Below, piece after piece: positions 1-16,100 of a stretch of DNA of 64,000 bases. A program made the position numbers and the translations under genes. The notes beneath the pieces are model-generated. The model was not told the DNA's origin and did not search any database. It was given only the letters and a program-made list of their open reading frames with translations. The stretch's first letter is position 1, and each line of letters starts with the position of its first letter. The stretch lies in NCBI RefSeq assembly GCF_009914755.1, contig NC_060929.1, one strand, 5' to 3'. The DNA is from the human T2T-CHM13v2.0 reference genome, Homo sapiens.

Positions 1-960
1 CACATATTAGCAACTTGGAAAACAGCCAGAAATTAATTGAAAATGAAGAATAATAACAGGGACCAGCCATGCAAAATATCAAAATATTGTTAAAAGCTAC
101 AGAAATTAATCCTCTTATATATGGTTACATAGTATATGGGAAGAGAGGCTTTCAAATTAGCTGTAGATAATGGACTCTCTAATAAGTGGCATTCAGATAA
201 CTGACCATTCATTTGGAGAAAAAAAAGAAGAAAAGATTTCTACCTCACATCATTCACAAAAGTAAATTTGATTCTGATTAAAGGGCCACATGTATAAAAC
301 CAAACTATTAGATAATTATAATAAAATAGTGGAAAGTACACATTATTTTTTGTTAACTTGTAATAGACTAGAAAGGTCTTTCAAAGCCATATGTAAATTC
401 TCCAAGAAAATCAATTATAAATTAAACAAACTATATAAAATTTCTAGGATGCAAAATACACATAAAACAATTTTTTTAAAGTGATATTTTGGGAGAAAAT
501 ATATGTAATGTTTAATGCAGAAAAATCAGCTGACATTTATAGCTCTCATAAATCAGTAAGAAAACTAGAAAGAACCTATAGAAAAATGAGCAAAGAATAT
601 GAATATGTGATTTAAAAAGCAATTCAAATAGCTAATACATGAATTAAAATAATGCTAAACATCACTAGTAATCAAATGAGTAAAAATTAAATAATAACAT
701 GATACCATTTCTCCCAAGTAGATTAATAAAATTTGTTTTAATTTGAAAATATTGAGGTCAACAATGTGGGTGAGATGGAGATTTTACACCTGGATTATTA
801 GATTATAATTTGAGACATCTGTTCTAAACATCAGAATAATGTTATCTATCAAATACTTAACTAGATTTCTAGGAATCTATCCTCAAGAAAACCTCATGGT
901 GAATAAACATATGCATACAGCATTATTACTAGTAGTGAAACAAAATATTATTCAACATGG
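1..960 (+). mobile_element. Ancient L1M (L1ME-like) ORF2 3' portion, highly decayed
   Basis: Degenerate matches to L1 ORF2, e.g. aataagtggcattcagataactgacc...tacctcacatcattcacaaaagtaaatt and acatcactagtaatcaaatgagtaaaaattaaa...gataccattt; collinear with the younger L1 copies in this window. Boundaries approximate. Confidence 0.75.
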
Positions 961-1293
961 CAATGATTTAAGAAAACACACACACCCACACACATACACA
1001 CCCCTAGACCTTTATGTTATACAAAGATATGTATGTGCGCTAACAAATACAAATATGAAACCACAAACCAAAGCCTAAGACTAATTCAGTGGATCTTTTC
1101 TTCCTCTCCCAAGAGTATAATTTTTACTCTTAAGAGAGAAAAAAAGTGGAAGGGCAGAGCAACATTCTCAAATGGCCAAAGGACTCCTGGAAACCATAAT
1201 GGGTAATTTCATCTTAAATTGCTTGCACTGCTGTCATGGCAAATACTTCATCTTCTCAAACTTTAAAAAACAAATCTGCCCTACACACAAAAA

Positions 1294-1295
<2 letters not shown>

Positions 1296-1352
<57 letters not shown>

Positions 1353-1375
1353 TGAGAGAGAGAGAGAGAGAGAGA
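1296..1375. repeat. Compound (GT)n(GA)n microsatellite
   Basis: Seen directly. Confidence 0.97.
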
Positions 1376-1705
1376 ATTAAGAAGAGGGTCTGAAGTTTCA
1401 TTCATGGGTTTGGATTGAAGCCAGGGCAGATAATTTTTAAAAAGCTAGAATATAAAGAGAAATTAAGAAAATCAAAAGACGCAAGAAAGAGCCATGAAAA
1501 TGTAAGCCTATCAGTAAATAATTCTCAGAAATCTTGGAGGTGGCATGTTCTCACCACACACCAATAATAGGAGTTCAAGAATATCTGTTCTAGATCATAA
1601 AGAGCAGAGGTGTCCTAGGTGGCCTGCAGGTTACATACGTTTACAAACATAATGACATAATGTTTACATTCATTGTAAAAAAATTACAGAAGGAATGTGT
1701 GCTAG

Positions 1706-2087
1706 TGTTTTAATCCATTCTTACAGTGCTATAAAGAACTACCTGAGACTGGGTAATTTATGAAGAAAAGAGGTTTAATTGACTCACAGTTCTGCAGGTT
1801 GTACAGGAAGCATGGCTGGGGGGCCTCAGGAAACATAATCATGGCAGAAGGCAAAGGGGAAGCAAGCACATCTTTACATGATGGCAGGAGAGAGAGAGAG
1901 AGTGAAGGTGGAAGTGTCACATATTTTTAAACTATCAGATCTCATGAGAACTCACTCACTATGACAAGAACAGCAAGGAAAAAAATCCACCCCTATGATC
2001 TAATCACCTTTCATCAATCCCTTCCCAACACCGGGAATTACAATTCAACATAACATCTGGGTGGGGACACAGAGCCAAACCTTATCA
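1706..2087 (-). mobile_element. MaLR solo LTR (MSTA/THE1D-like)
   Basis: Contains gagactgggtaatttatgaagaaaagaggtttaattgactcacagttc and ends gtggggacacagagccaaaccttatca; TG...CA termini; 5-bp TSD GCTAG at 1701-1705 and 2088-2092. Confidence 0.93.
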
Positions 2088-2600
2088 GCTAGTACACAAA
2101 ATATACGTAATAAATTGGAAAAGCCTCTTTTCACTGGGGAAGTCCCTTTGAGTAGAACATTGCAGAGTTCTAGAGACACAGTCATCGATACAGAGAGACA
2201 TTGAATTGAACTGTTATTAAGACTATGGATGCTTTGTGGCTCTCCAGGAACAGTCTACTCTGCCTGGCTGGCTTGAATATAGCAAAAAGTGGAATACTGG
2301 CTGTCTGTATTTGGATAGATAAAATGAGTATAATTGTTTATATTCATTGACCAAATTTAGTAGACTTTTTAAATATAACTAGGTTTGTGGATCCAGCTGA
2401 ACCACAGAATGAAGAACTGTATCTGTGTAGAAGTTGAGATCAATGAGTAAAATATTTTTTGTAGAAATTGAGAGAAAGACTAGTCCAGTTGATTCGAAGC
2501 GCGTAAGTATTCAACTTGGAAACTAAGTAGAGAACTGGCTTCTTGTTTCTTAGTAAGACTTAGGACACACTCAAGTTTGACCAGAGATAACATGTGTTAG

Positions 2601-3085
<485 letters not shown>

Positions 3086-5542
3086 TCACAATCCTTCCTA
3101 ATGTAACAGTCCAGGCAGCAACCACCAACAGATCAGAGTTAACACAAGAGATCAAATATGTTACCACCCAGGTGATTGGACACAGACATGTAGAAACAAC
3201 CTCTCTCAAAGATATCTCCTTGCCAATACAGAATTCAATATGTACATTTGGCCAGGGTGTGGATTACACATGTAGTTCGTAGCCTGAGTGATAAAATAAA
3301 TTCCTGTCAATCACTTTCTGCCATCAAGTGGTACAGAACAGAGGTGAAAAATTTATATACTCACAGCTTTAGCCAGGAAAGAATACACCTCAGTCTTCAA
3401 ATTTTAGCACCAAAAGAGAAAAGCCTAGTCATTATGTAGAAATACACAATGCTGGCAAGAATATAGAAGACTTTATTCCAACTCTTTACTTCCTCTTTAT
3501 TGCTTCTCCCAAAAAAATTCAAAGCAGGGATTACCAGCTCCCCTGACAAACATGTCAGCCCACTCCACTCCTAATCTTACCAAGAACAGAAATCTCGTGC
3601 CACACAGTATTCTGCAGAGGGGGCAGAATTTCTGCTCAAGAGCTCAGAAGAGCCAAGAATTGCATTCTTCCTAGAGAAGGCTCTTGCAAAGTTTCTGCTG
3701 AATTGAGCTTTACATGCGGGTGGAAAACCTACTGTAAGGGATGTGGTTGCATTAATTATAAGATTTCAATTTGACAGTTTAATTAGGAAAAGGAGAGTTA
3801 GTGTAGGGCTTGCAGAATTCATGATGAATCACATACTCCAACAGACTTCATTTTCATATTTCAATTACACACATTTCTAACTGATGAACAGCAACATAGC
3901 ATTTTCTGTTTAATAAATGTGATATCTGTTGGAATTGATAACATTAGTTCAGTAATTACAGAGCCATTATTGTCAGGCTTTTAAAAAATATGGAAAGAGG
4001 CCTTAGTTATTAAAGTTTAGCAACGACACAAAACTACATTTTGAAATGTTTCTACTAAAGAGCTTTTTAACAGCGCATTAGCTATCCCTTATAGATAGAA
4101 GGGTAAAATTCAATAGCAGGTATTTGCATGAGATCAATTTTGATCTAAGCACACCTTATTTGATTCCCAGACACACCACTGCAGTTATAATGTTCTTTCT
4201 ACATCTTTATTCAGAATTCAGACCAAAAAACAGGGGAGTAGGACTCAATTGGTTGAATAACATAATTTAGTACAGGATCATGCTAAGATTCTGATATTTG
4301 CTTGAAATGATTATAATAAAATGTAAAAAAACCACATTTTTTTATAAATCTAAAGACAAGTGTGGATTCCAAGAGGAATAAGCTTTAAGTAACTCAGTCA
4401 AAACACGTACAAACTTATAAGTTTTTTTCCCAGAGTGCTTGCTTTGAGTTCTGGGAACCAATGTTGAAAGCTGGATGTGCTCATAGATGCATTATTGTCT
4501 TTGCATGGGTTATTACCAAACAGAAGTTCATTAAATCAAATACAGATGTCAGCTTCCTCCGGGACTAGGAAAAAGATCACGCCCTACAGTAAACACAACT
4601 GCATACACTGGATGTGAAGCACACTTCTGTTGTTTTAATTACTTCAAAATTTGTTCATAATGATCTTTTCGTAAACAATATCTTGAGTTCTATCCACCTG
4701 AACGATGAGCTACATGTTTACTCACGTACCAGGAAAGTCCTAATGATAATTTGCTTAGGGAAGCACATTCATATGTTTGTGTATGTTATGTATATTTGCA
4801 TAGGTATCACAAATATTTCTAAACATTCTTGTCACAGAAGACAGAGTTTAAAAATAGTCTTGCAACATAATGTCACTTACTGTATGTTAGAATTGTACAC
4901 ATAAAGGGTTTGTGTCTTACATTCTCAAAAAATAAGTCATACTTCTTTCTATTATTGGTAACTCACTTCCATTAGCTTCCAGGAGACCTTGGTAGTACTG
5001 AACATTTTATTGATTGTTTCAGAATGTTAAATAAGATAATGACCACAAAGAGATTAGCATAGTGCCCAGCACATTGCTCAATAAATGGTAGCTATGATTA
5101 CCATTAGCAAACCTGAGATTCTGGTACAAAAATTAAATAATACAAAAGTATAAACCCACAAAAATGATAATAAAACCAAACAGGTTTGAGATTTATTTCA
5201 AATTTAAAAAGAAAAATTGTAAAGGAATCACATGTCTATCCCCAAATGGCACACTAGCAAGAAAATATTTAAATATAGCTTCTTAGATCCTGACTTGACA
5301 CAAATTACAGCTTGAAAAGTTGACATTTTCAGGATTTAGAATTGCTCTGCCCAGCCACGTAGTGGCAATATACAGACACAAACAAGAGAATCAGAAAAGA
5401 ATACAGTTTAAGAGCTAGAGATTTCCACTTTCTCTCATTTTATAAATAACTGAAACCCAGAAAAACTAATCTTTTGCATAATCACAACAGCTAAGAGTAT
5501 CAGACTAGACAGTATTTTAGCATAGTGAGTTATCCACTTTAG

Positions 5543-7232
<1,690 letters not shown>

Positions 7233-8294
7233 TACTATATTATCTAATGGAGATGACAAATGGATTTCAGGTAGAATACAATCTTGGATCAATTGGTGTG
7301 ACTGACTGGATTTGGTAGGGAAGAACTTGGAAGCCATGTTTTGAGTTATGAAGACAGAAAATGAGAAAATTTGGTATTGAAGCCACATTTTACCCAAGAA
7401 CACACTGTGGGACATTACAGATTTTTCAGGATAATTCAATATCCTACCCATATTCCTCCTTCCTCATAGTGCCAAGCAAAGTAGAAGACTAGTAAATGTT
7501 TACGCATTTAACTGAGTCTCATTTTTAAAATCATGCCAATAACTTTTTTCACAAATGCTGACACAAGGTAGGGGGATAATGGTTATTATTCTAGGAAGCA
7601 AGTGTCAAAAAAAAAGTCTTAAGGTAGAGAGAATAAGAAGTATAATTACATAGGTTGCATTATTTTTAAGGGAACAGAATAAATTCCTTTCTATAAATAA
7701 AACATTTTCCCCTCATAGTTACTACCTGAATTCACTTTTATAAATAGTGATATGGCCTTTTGTTCTACCATGAAAATGTCAAAATACAAATAGTCAAAGG
7801 AAAAATAGCATTCACAATTTATTCAAATTCACAATAAATTAAAAATGATTGATATTATCTAGGTTTTGAAGTGACATAATTAAATGGAAATAATAGGGTA
7901 GTAGACCTCAGATGAAAGACATGCAGCAGATGGTGTGAGGAGACACTAAGTGTAAAAATTGGAGGTTCAAAAGAAAACTTTATTTTATAATTTGATGTAA
8001 AGCCAGTCATGTTTTGGGATTCCTGTAGAACCAAAAAACTTAAAAACTAAAAAATTTGAATTATGTATTTTTCAGCCCATACACAATACTGTACTACATA
8101 GAATGAAAATCTACTAAATAAAAATCATAATTGGCCCAGAAACTAAATCTAGATTTTGGCCTACTGGACTCCTACATGACATTTAACACACTATCAAGTT
8201 ACTGGTGTGCATGTCCTGTATGCAGACTTTCAACAAGATTTCCTTCTTGCAATGGAAGGAAAGAAGGCAGAACTTTAAATAATCCGTGATGGCT

Positions 8295-8430
8295 CAGCAT
8301 AATGGAAAAAGTACTAGAGTAGAAATAAGTTAACTTGGGTTCAACCCAACCCTCATAATTGTTATCTCTGTGACTTTGGATGAGTGTTTTGTGCTCTGTG
8401 GGACTCAGTTTTCCCGTAAGAAAAAGGATC
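8295..8430 (+). mobile_element. MIR fragment
   Basis: cagcataatggaaaaagtactag...cttgggttcaa...tgtgactttggatgagt...ctcagttttccc follows the MIR core layout. Confidence 0.7.
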
Positions 8431-8886
8431 TAATGATCTTTTTTTGAAATATAAAATGCAATAGTCTTAAATTTAATTATTTAGATAGGAAATTAAAATT
8501 TCTGTCACAGACATTATTTTTAGCATGTCTCACTGGAATTTTGTAGAACAATATTTCCTTCAAGGAAAATCAGAATACAGAATATTAAAAGCATTTTAAT
8601 GAGACAAATTATATGAGGAGAAAAATCTATATTTAAGCAACTCTTTTGTTTATCTCAATTTTTCATTAACTAGTTAAGAGCATATATTCTTTCATCAGCT
8701 TTCTCCAGCAATGCCCAAAGGACTACTACCTGAATGATATAAAAAATGTTTTAAAGAGTTTAAAATGGGGATTTGTTTCTATCAAAATCCATCTCTAGCC
8801 ATTTCCTGAGGGAATTTTAAGAGTTCAAGATGTCAAAATCCTTTATTTCCCAGCCATTATACAAAATATGTAACTGTACAGAATGA

Positions 8887-9208
<322 letters not shown>

Positions 9209-10170
9209 CTTTTTCTCCTTTTATTACTTCAAGAAATGCTGAAAATAAATTTTAAATGTGGTAGTGTTTGTCATTTTAAGTCTGTTGACAACTATGTTTG
9301 GTCACATTTTCCCCCCAGTGTTTGTTGGAATAGAATTCCAATTCTAGAGTCACTTTAGAGTGGAAAGAGCAATTTTTTAAATATAAAAGTTAATACCAAA
9401 TGCTTAACTCTCAATAGCTGTTAAAGTCTCCTTCCTTTTTAAAGAATGTGCTGTATCAATATAGCTTCAATATTCTTTACCAATAACAACTACATGCAAG
9501 GTTTCACTAGACCACCAAAATCAGCAGTCACCTAAATTCTCTACCTGGGCTAAGTGTGTCAGTAACTAGCTCTAATCCTCCCACTTACTTTCAACTTTTT
9601 CTTTTCATTTGGAACTCTGACATACATTGATATATGTATGATTTTTTTCTTAAGCCCTTCGAAAAAACTAACAACAGGTAATTAAACACCAAATAACAGG
9701 GGAATGGCCATCAGATTATCCCGATTACAGTAGCTTTATTTGGAGTAACTTTCCCTCTTACTTGCCAAAGGCTGTGTAGCTAATAGGATTATTGATGTGG
9801 AACAGGAAATGGAGAACAGTTGTCAAGGTGGGGCATTTTTTTTAACCCAGGTAATCAACAAAGATTCATATGTTGGTCATGTTGGTCTTCATACAGAATA
9901 GTTCACAATAAGAATACTTCAGATTATAACATTTGCTCTGCATGCAGTAGTACAGACAGGCCATTGCCTCTGAGTGATGGGATCATCACTCACCTTGGGC
10001 AGAGGGCAGAGGGATGACTTTGAGAAGATAAAGTCTGGATCTGGGCTGGTTACCACCTGTTCTGGGTAGCCTGCTTGCTCTGACCAGTCTATACATTAAT
10101 TCATACACATAATAATGAACATAATGGTCTCCAGTCTTAATTTGTTTCATGCTACTGTTTTCTCCCCTCA

Positions 10171-10490
10171 CTTTATTGAAGTATAATTGACAAATAAAAA
10201 CTGTATATATTTAAGCTGTAGAATATGGTTGTTTTGACACACTTACCTATTGTGAAGTGATTACCACAATCAAGCTAAAATTAACACATCCATCACCTCT
10301 CATAGTTACCATTTGTGTGTGTGTGTGTGTGTGTGTGTGTTGGGGGGTGTTATATGTGGTGAGAACACTTACGGTCTACTCTCCTAGCAAATTTCAAGTA
10401 TACAATACATTATTATTAACTCCTGTCATCATGCTGTACATTAGATCTCTAGAACTTATTCATCTTGTAACTAAAAGTTTGTACTGGCTG
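10171..10490 (-). mobile_element. L1MA (L1MA9/10-like) 3'UTR fragment with internal (TG)n
   Basis: ctttattgaagtataattgacaaataaaaactgtatatatttaag...ctagcaaatttcaagtatacaatac...tagatctctagaacttattcatctt. Confidence 0.85.
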
Positions 10491-13139
10491 ACGCTGTTTT
10501 TCTAATGACGTTATTTTCCTAATGAAGTTTTAAATTATTTTTTAAATTCCAGGAAAAGTATTTGTAACAAATATAGAAGTTCTCTAAAGTTTTGCTGTCC
10601 TTTAAAATACAAGTCAAGGATCAATTATCAAAACAAAGTCATTCTGTTAATCAGTTTACAAAGGTGCGAATTGTTTGTCAGAATACAATGCCAGGGAGGC
10701 TGCTTTGTTTAATGACAACCCTAACAGCAAGAATCCCTGGGGCAGGAAGTAAGTAATCAAGAATCCATCTCTGAAACTTTTAAGAATGCTGGCAACAGTC
10801 TATTATAATGCATGGTTATGGGGAGACCTTGTACAGAGAACAATACACTGAAATAGACCAGACTTGTTACGAAACAATAAACTTAAATATAGCTTTGGAC
10901 CTGACACAGCTAAGTAATTTTGCCTTCTAGGATCCAATTTAACACTCCGGGCTAAATATTTCAAACAGATTTTTTTTTTTTTTTTTTTTTTTTTGCTGTC
11001 CACATTGCATGCCTGAATGCATATATCATAATTACATTCTGGTGTGCAACTTCAGCAATGTGTGTAGGTCCACGCAGGGTCATGATGTCATTAAAACCCA
11101 ACTAGAACTGCTGAGGAGATGTAAAGATTGTTTGATCAATCAGATATTTGAATGTATCGATGCACTCATCCTGTGTTAGAAGAGATAAAGGATACTAAAA
11201 ATTTGTTATAATACATTCTGCAAATATAGCAACAGGATATTTATTGTATGCAAGTGAAATGTCAAATGAAGAGAGCCATATAATTTCAGAGGAAGGACAA
11301 GAGTGAAGCTGAACTACAGAATTGGGTTTGAACTGAGCTTCACAGGCTCAGTGAGGAAAAGTGGAGAGGGAGAGAATTGCATGTTACACAGCAGACAGCT
11401 CAGTCCAACACCTGCGCTGAAAATAGGGGTTCCTGAGAACGAGTAGTGGAAGATAAATCCAGAAAGGCAGGTTGAGAGCCAAGCTGGCCTTCCAAACAGG
11501 ATTCTTATTTTTTCAGCAATGTCCCATGACTTTTGGAGAATGTTGTGAGGGTTACATGACGAGCATCATTTTCCCCAACACAGAGGTGGGGTCAGGAATG
11601 CTGGGAAGAGGTCAGGGTCACTCAGAGAGTGACACAGGGAATGGCAGAGAGTCCTGTTTCCCAGTCCAGCCATCTCGCAGCCAAGATATACTACAAACTC
11701 CCTCCTCTTTCCCAGGTTCCAAAGTACTGAAATGGAATGACCATGCCGAAATGCTGGAACTGCCCCTTATTTTTTCCTTTCCCTGTGACGAGAAAGAAAA
11801 GAGAGGAGGACTATTGAACTTTAAACTTCCTGATAAACTATAATGTGGGAAAGTGCCATTTTTAGGTTTACATGAAGGAGCTACCTCTGAGAATGGCCTC
11901 TTGGCCTGTGAAAAACTAGAAACATCCCAGGAAGTCACTGAAATGTTGTATTACTGTGAGAATTTGTATAAAAATAAACACTGGATTATTTCAGGCCTAG
12001 TCCCTTGAGAAAATGAGCCAGAATTACTCAGAACTACTAGCCTAATCTTGACAGAACAGAGGAAATTAGCAACTGAAGCCAGATTTTTTTCCCTTCTAAA
12101 AAAATGAAAAAAAAAAAACCCCACTATTTATGATATTTTGGAAAATGAAAAAAAAAATCAGGTTAACTCATGTGATTCCAAATGACCCTAAAATTAAGAT
12201 GGCTGAGTTCTCTGATGAGAAAATGCAGTACAGATCATTGCCCCTTGGAAGGTGTCAGCTGGAAGCTACAAAGGCAGGAAAGCTTGAACCCATAGATTCA
12301 AAAAGTCACATAATTTAGCTGCCTATAAACCCTATTCTCTAGAGCTTGGTGGATTTTTTTAAGCTCTGCTCAAAAATTTTTTTTCCAAGAGACATAAAGA
12401 TTTAAAAGCCAAAGGAAGCACATTCTATCACATGTCACTATGGGAACTGCTCCCAGGCATGCTCAACAAAGTGCTTCCTTTCCACTGAAAAATAATTTCC
12501 CATTGAATCTCTGGTTTGAAAGAACTCTACTCATTGAGAATGCCAAATCACTCCACTACTGAATTCATATTTGTAACAAGAATTCCTAAACAACAGCTCA
12601 GAGTCATTTATTGAAATGTTAAAGGTAATTTCCTCTTCTAGGCAATTTCTTCTTCATCCTCTATACTTTAGTTCTATCAATATGGCATATACACATTTGG
12701 TACCTTCTCCATGCCCAGAACTGTTCTTTCAACTGTAACAGTGTAAGCCATAAGCCTCTGCTCAAGGAATTAGGCCACACAGGCAGAGCTGTTGGATGCG
12801 TAGTGTCCTGGGTTTGTTTTTTTTTTCTTTTTTTCTGGGGCCACAGAGATAATCCAGGGCCTTCCATGGATCCGAAAAGGCAGATAAAGTCAACATCATA
12901 CCCCCTGTTTTTCCCTGCTAGCTGTGACCTTATAATTCTTAATTCAGACAGTGAAACAGCTGATTGCCAACTCTTTTCTTTGCAGGATAATCGGAGTGAT
13001 ATACACCCGTGGGTGCTGTTGTTCACCCTGTGTCACATGGATTCACTTCTTCATTTGTCCAGATGCAGCTACTCCAGGGTTCCAGTGGGCCTCACTTCCT
13101 GAAGAGAAACTTAGAAAAGGGAGGTTTCCAAAAAAAACT

Positions 13140-16100
13140 GTATTTCCCATCCCTGAGGTTATCTCTAGGCCATAAGTGGTATTCACTATCTCCTTCCTTC
13201 ACTATCCATTCTAATTTCCCCTTGCCCTCATGGATCCCCTCTCCTGGAATGGTATCTTAATTGGTGGAATGACACAAAACTTTCATTCTTAAAGGATCTG
13301 GGCCCTGATGACCACCCTTTTCTCAGGCTGGAGTTGCTACATTTATGCATTCACAGCCATAATTACACAAAGGAACATGCCAGGAAATGTCCAAATAGAT
13401 CAACTGAGTGTATTCTGGTCTCCCTCATTGAATAACAGTAGTCCTGCCTGCTCCTGCTATTCAAGTCAATCACTCCTGTAACATAGTAATTACTCTTCTA
13501 ACCTGTTGGGTCCTGGATACAGGACATCCAAAGTGCTCAAGCAATAGCCAGAGATTGGATCTCAATGATATCCATGCTGTGTCACTAAGGAGGGTGTGCT
13601 ATACTTAGGAACCAGGATCTCTACCCTAGAGAGCCCAGAGTGGAAAGGACAGGGAATGCAAAGTCCCCCAACAGGTCATTGGAAATGACGGCAAGTGGGA
13701 CTACTTCTGCATCCAAACCTTGGTTCCTAGACCCATGAATTTCTCCATCAGACACAATGCCATAGAGCGGTATCTGATTTGCAGAATATACTACATCTTG
13801 GAGCAATGTGCCATATCCTTCCAGAGCATTACCCTTCACCAGGGCATTCATATGCATTAGTCAGGCCATTCTAACACTCTGTTCATCTGGTAGCCTTTCC
13901 ATGTTGTGGTATTTAGTGTACTCAGTAGATCCCATGGTCGTTGTCCTGCTCCTACACTTCTTTAACTGTGAAGTGTGTTTTGCTGGGGGACTCTATGCAC
14001 TATGGGATTCCATGCCTGTGGGTAAAGCACTCTGAATGTCTCTGGATGGTGGTGTCTCAAATATTATTTAGAAAGACAAACTCAGGTGTTTGAATATCTT
14101 AAATATCATAAGAAAGAGAAACTCATGTTCAAAACACATCTATTTCTGTGAGAAAAACAGCTGGGCCTTCTAGGACAGAGTGAGGCCAAATGTAGTCAAC
14201 TTGCTACCAGTGGGTGGTTGGTCTCGTTAAGGAAGAGAAACATTTTCAGAGACTCAGCATTGACGATAGCTGATCAATGCTGAGTCTCAGCCTTGGCAAA
14301 TGAGAGTCATGCTGTTGGGCTTATGTGAACCTTCCATCTCTGCTGCTGAGTCCTTTCTAGTCATGTGTTCATTAAGCCAGTTCTGGGGTGGCTTATGACA
14401 AAGGCAGACTAATGTCTACCAACCAAGTCATTCTTACCTACTTTGTAGTTCCGTGATTTTTCTACAATAATGCTTTCTGGTGGGTATTCACAAGCCATAG
14501 AAAGCTCTTCACACTTTGTGCCCACTCCCATGTGTTCATCCACATGCTTCTACCTCAGACATTCCTATCTTCAGTTTTCCAGGCCCCTGAGAAGCCAGCC
14601 AGGTTATTTGAATTGCTCATGACTCTGTATATATTCTCACTTCAAGCTACTTCTTCCACACAAAATAGCTGTACCACTTGAAACTCTGACATTGGAAAGA
14701 TTTCTCTCACCATTGTCTGAGTGTAGCTTATAAAGCAACCACGTCTATTTTTGGTTTGACCCACATACTGAACCAACCCATCTGTAAGTTAAGCTTGGAC
14801 TTGTTCTGCTTCTTCAGCAGTCATGAAGGACACCTGCATTGCCCCTATGGTCATAGATGTGAGCTGAGGAAAGCTGCTGGTGCAACCCTGTGGCTGACGT
14901 GAAAAGTCAATGACGTCTAAGCTACCTGCTCATGCAGATTTCTCATCCTCACTTGTCTGCTCAGGGTCAATGCAAATTAATCATTTATTATGATCAACTG
15001 ATGCTGGTTTCACTCAATGCCTTGAGGGATCCAACAGAACCCAGCTCATATGAGTCTCTACAAGGGTCTAGTAACATCATGAGGCAGATGCTACCCCTCT
15101 GTTGATGGCATAGCCTTTCTCTATAACCCTAGAGCCTTTGGTTCTCTAGAACCCTAGAGCCTTTGGGATGATTCTCCCAATGGGCTTGACATAAGTTTTA
15201 CACTGTACCTTTTCCCACCACTGACACCTCCAGCATCATAGGATCTGCTAGATAGCATACCCAAAGAAAACATTTGCTTGCCTTGCGTCTGAATCTGCCA
15301 CATAGCCCTTTCCTGTTCCAGGCCCCACACAAAGCTATAAGTCTTTTGTATCATTTAGGATATCCGCTGAAACAATATGTCTAAGTATGGAAGATATTAC
15401 CTCCAAAATGCAAAGAGGCTTACCAAATGTTATACCTTCTTTTTTAGTAGAGGATACATGCACCAATTTGTCTTTTATTTTAGATGAAAAACCTGGCATG
15501 CACTTGACCACTGAACCCCTAAAAACTACAAAAGTGTCGGGTCCCTGAATCTTCAAAAGGTGTATCTCCCAACCCCTGGGACACATGTGTCTTACCAAAA
15601 CCTCCAGCATCCTAGCCACCTCTTGCTCATTCTTTTTTATCAGCATGGTATCATCAATTTAATAGATCAATATGATGCTCTGTGGGATGTCTAGATGGTC
15701 CAGATCTTTTCTGACTATCTTATGTGAGAGAGTTGAAGCATTAACATATACCTAGGGCAAAATATTAAGTGTATACTATTGTCCTTTCCTTGTGAATGCA
15801 AATTATTTCAGATTCTTTTATTCTAATTGCAATAAAAAGAATGAGTTTGCTGTCTCAAAGCCTCATGCCATATGCCCAAGAATTCATTAATCTATTCTAG
15901 CAAAGATATTACGTCCAACACAGCAGCTGCAATCAAGAATATTACTTGGTTGAGTTTATAGTAGTCTATAGACATTCTATTTGGTTTCTGTAGGGACTAG
16001 ACTTGTGAATTAAATAGAGAAATGATAGAGAGCACCACTCCTGCATCCTTAAGGTTCTTGAGGGTGATTCTAATCTCTTCTATCCCTCCCAGAGTCAATA

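Noticed and set aside
3612-3628. CTCF-like motif ctgcagagggggcag
   Set aside because: Only the right half matches; the CC-R-S-Y left half of the core is missing.
12097-12160. Direct repeat aaaatgaaaaaaaaaa
   Set aside because: Low-complexity A-rich sequence; not informative.
11472-13260. Cluster of 74-123 aa ORFs on both strands
   Set aside because: No recognisable domain, overlapping antisense frames, and several start at non-ATG codons; consistent with chance.
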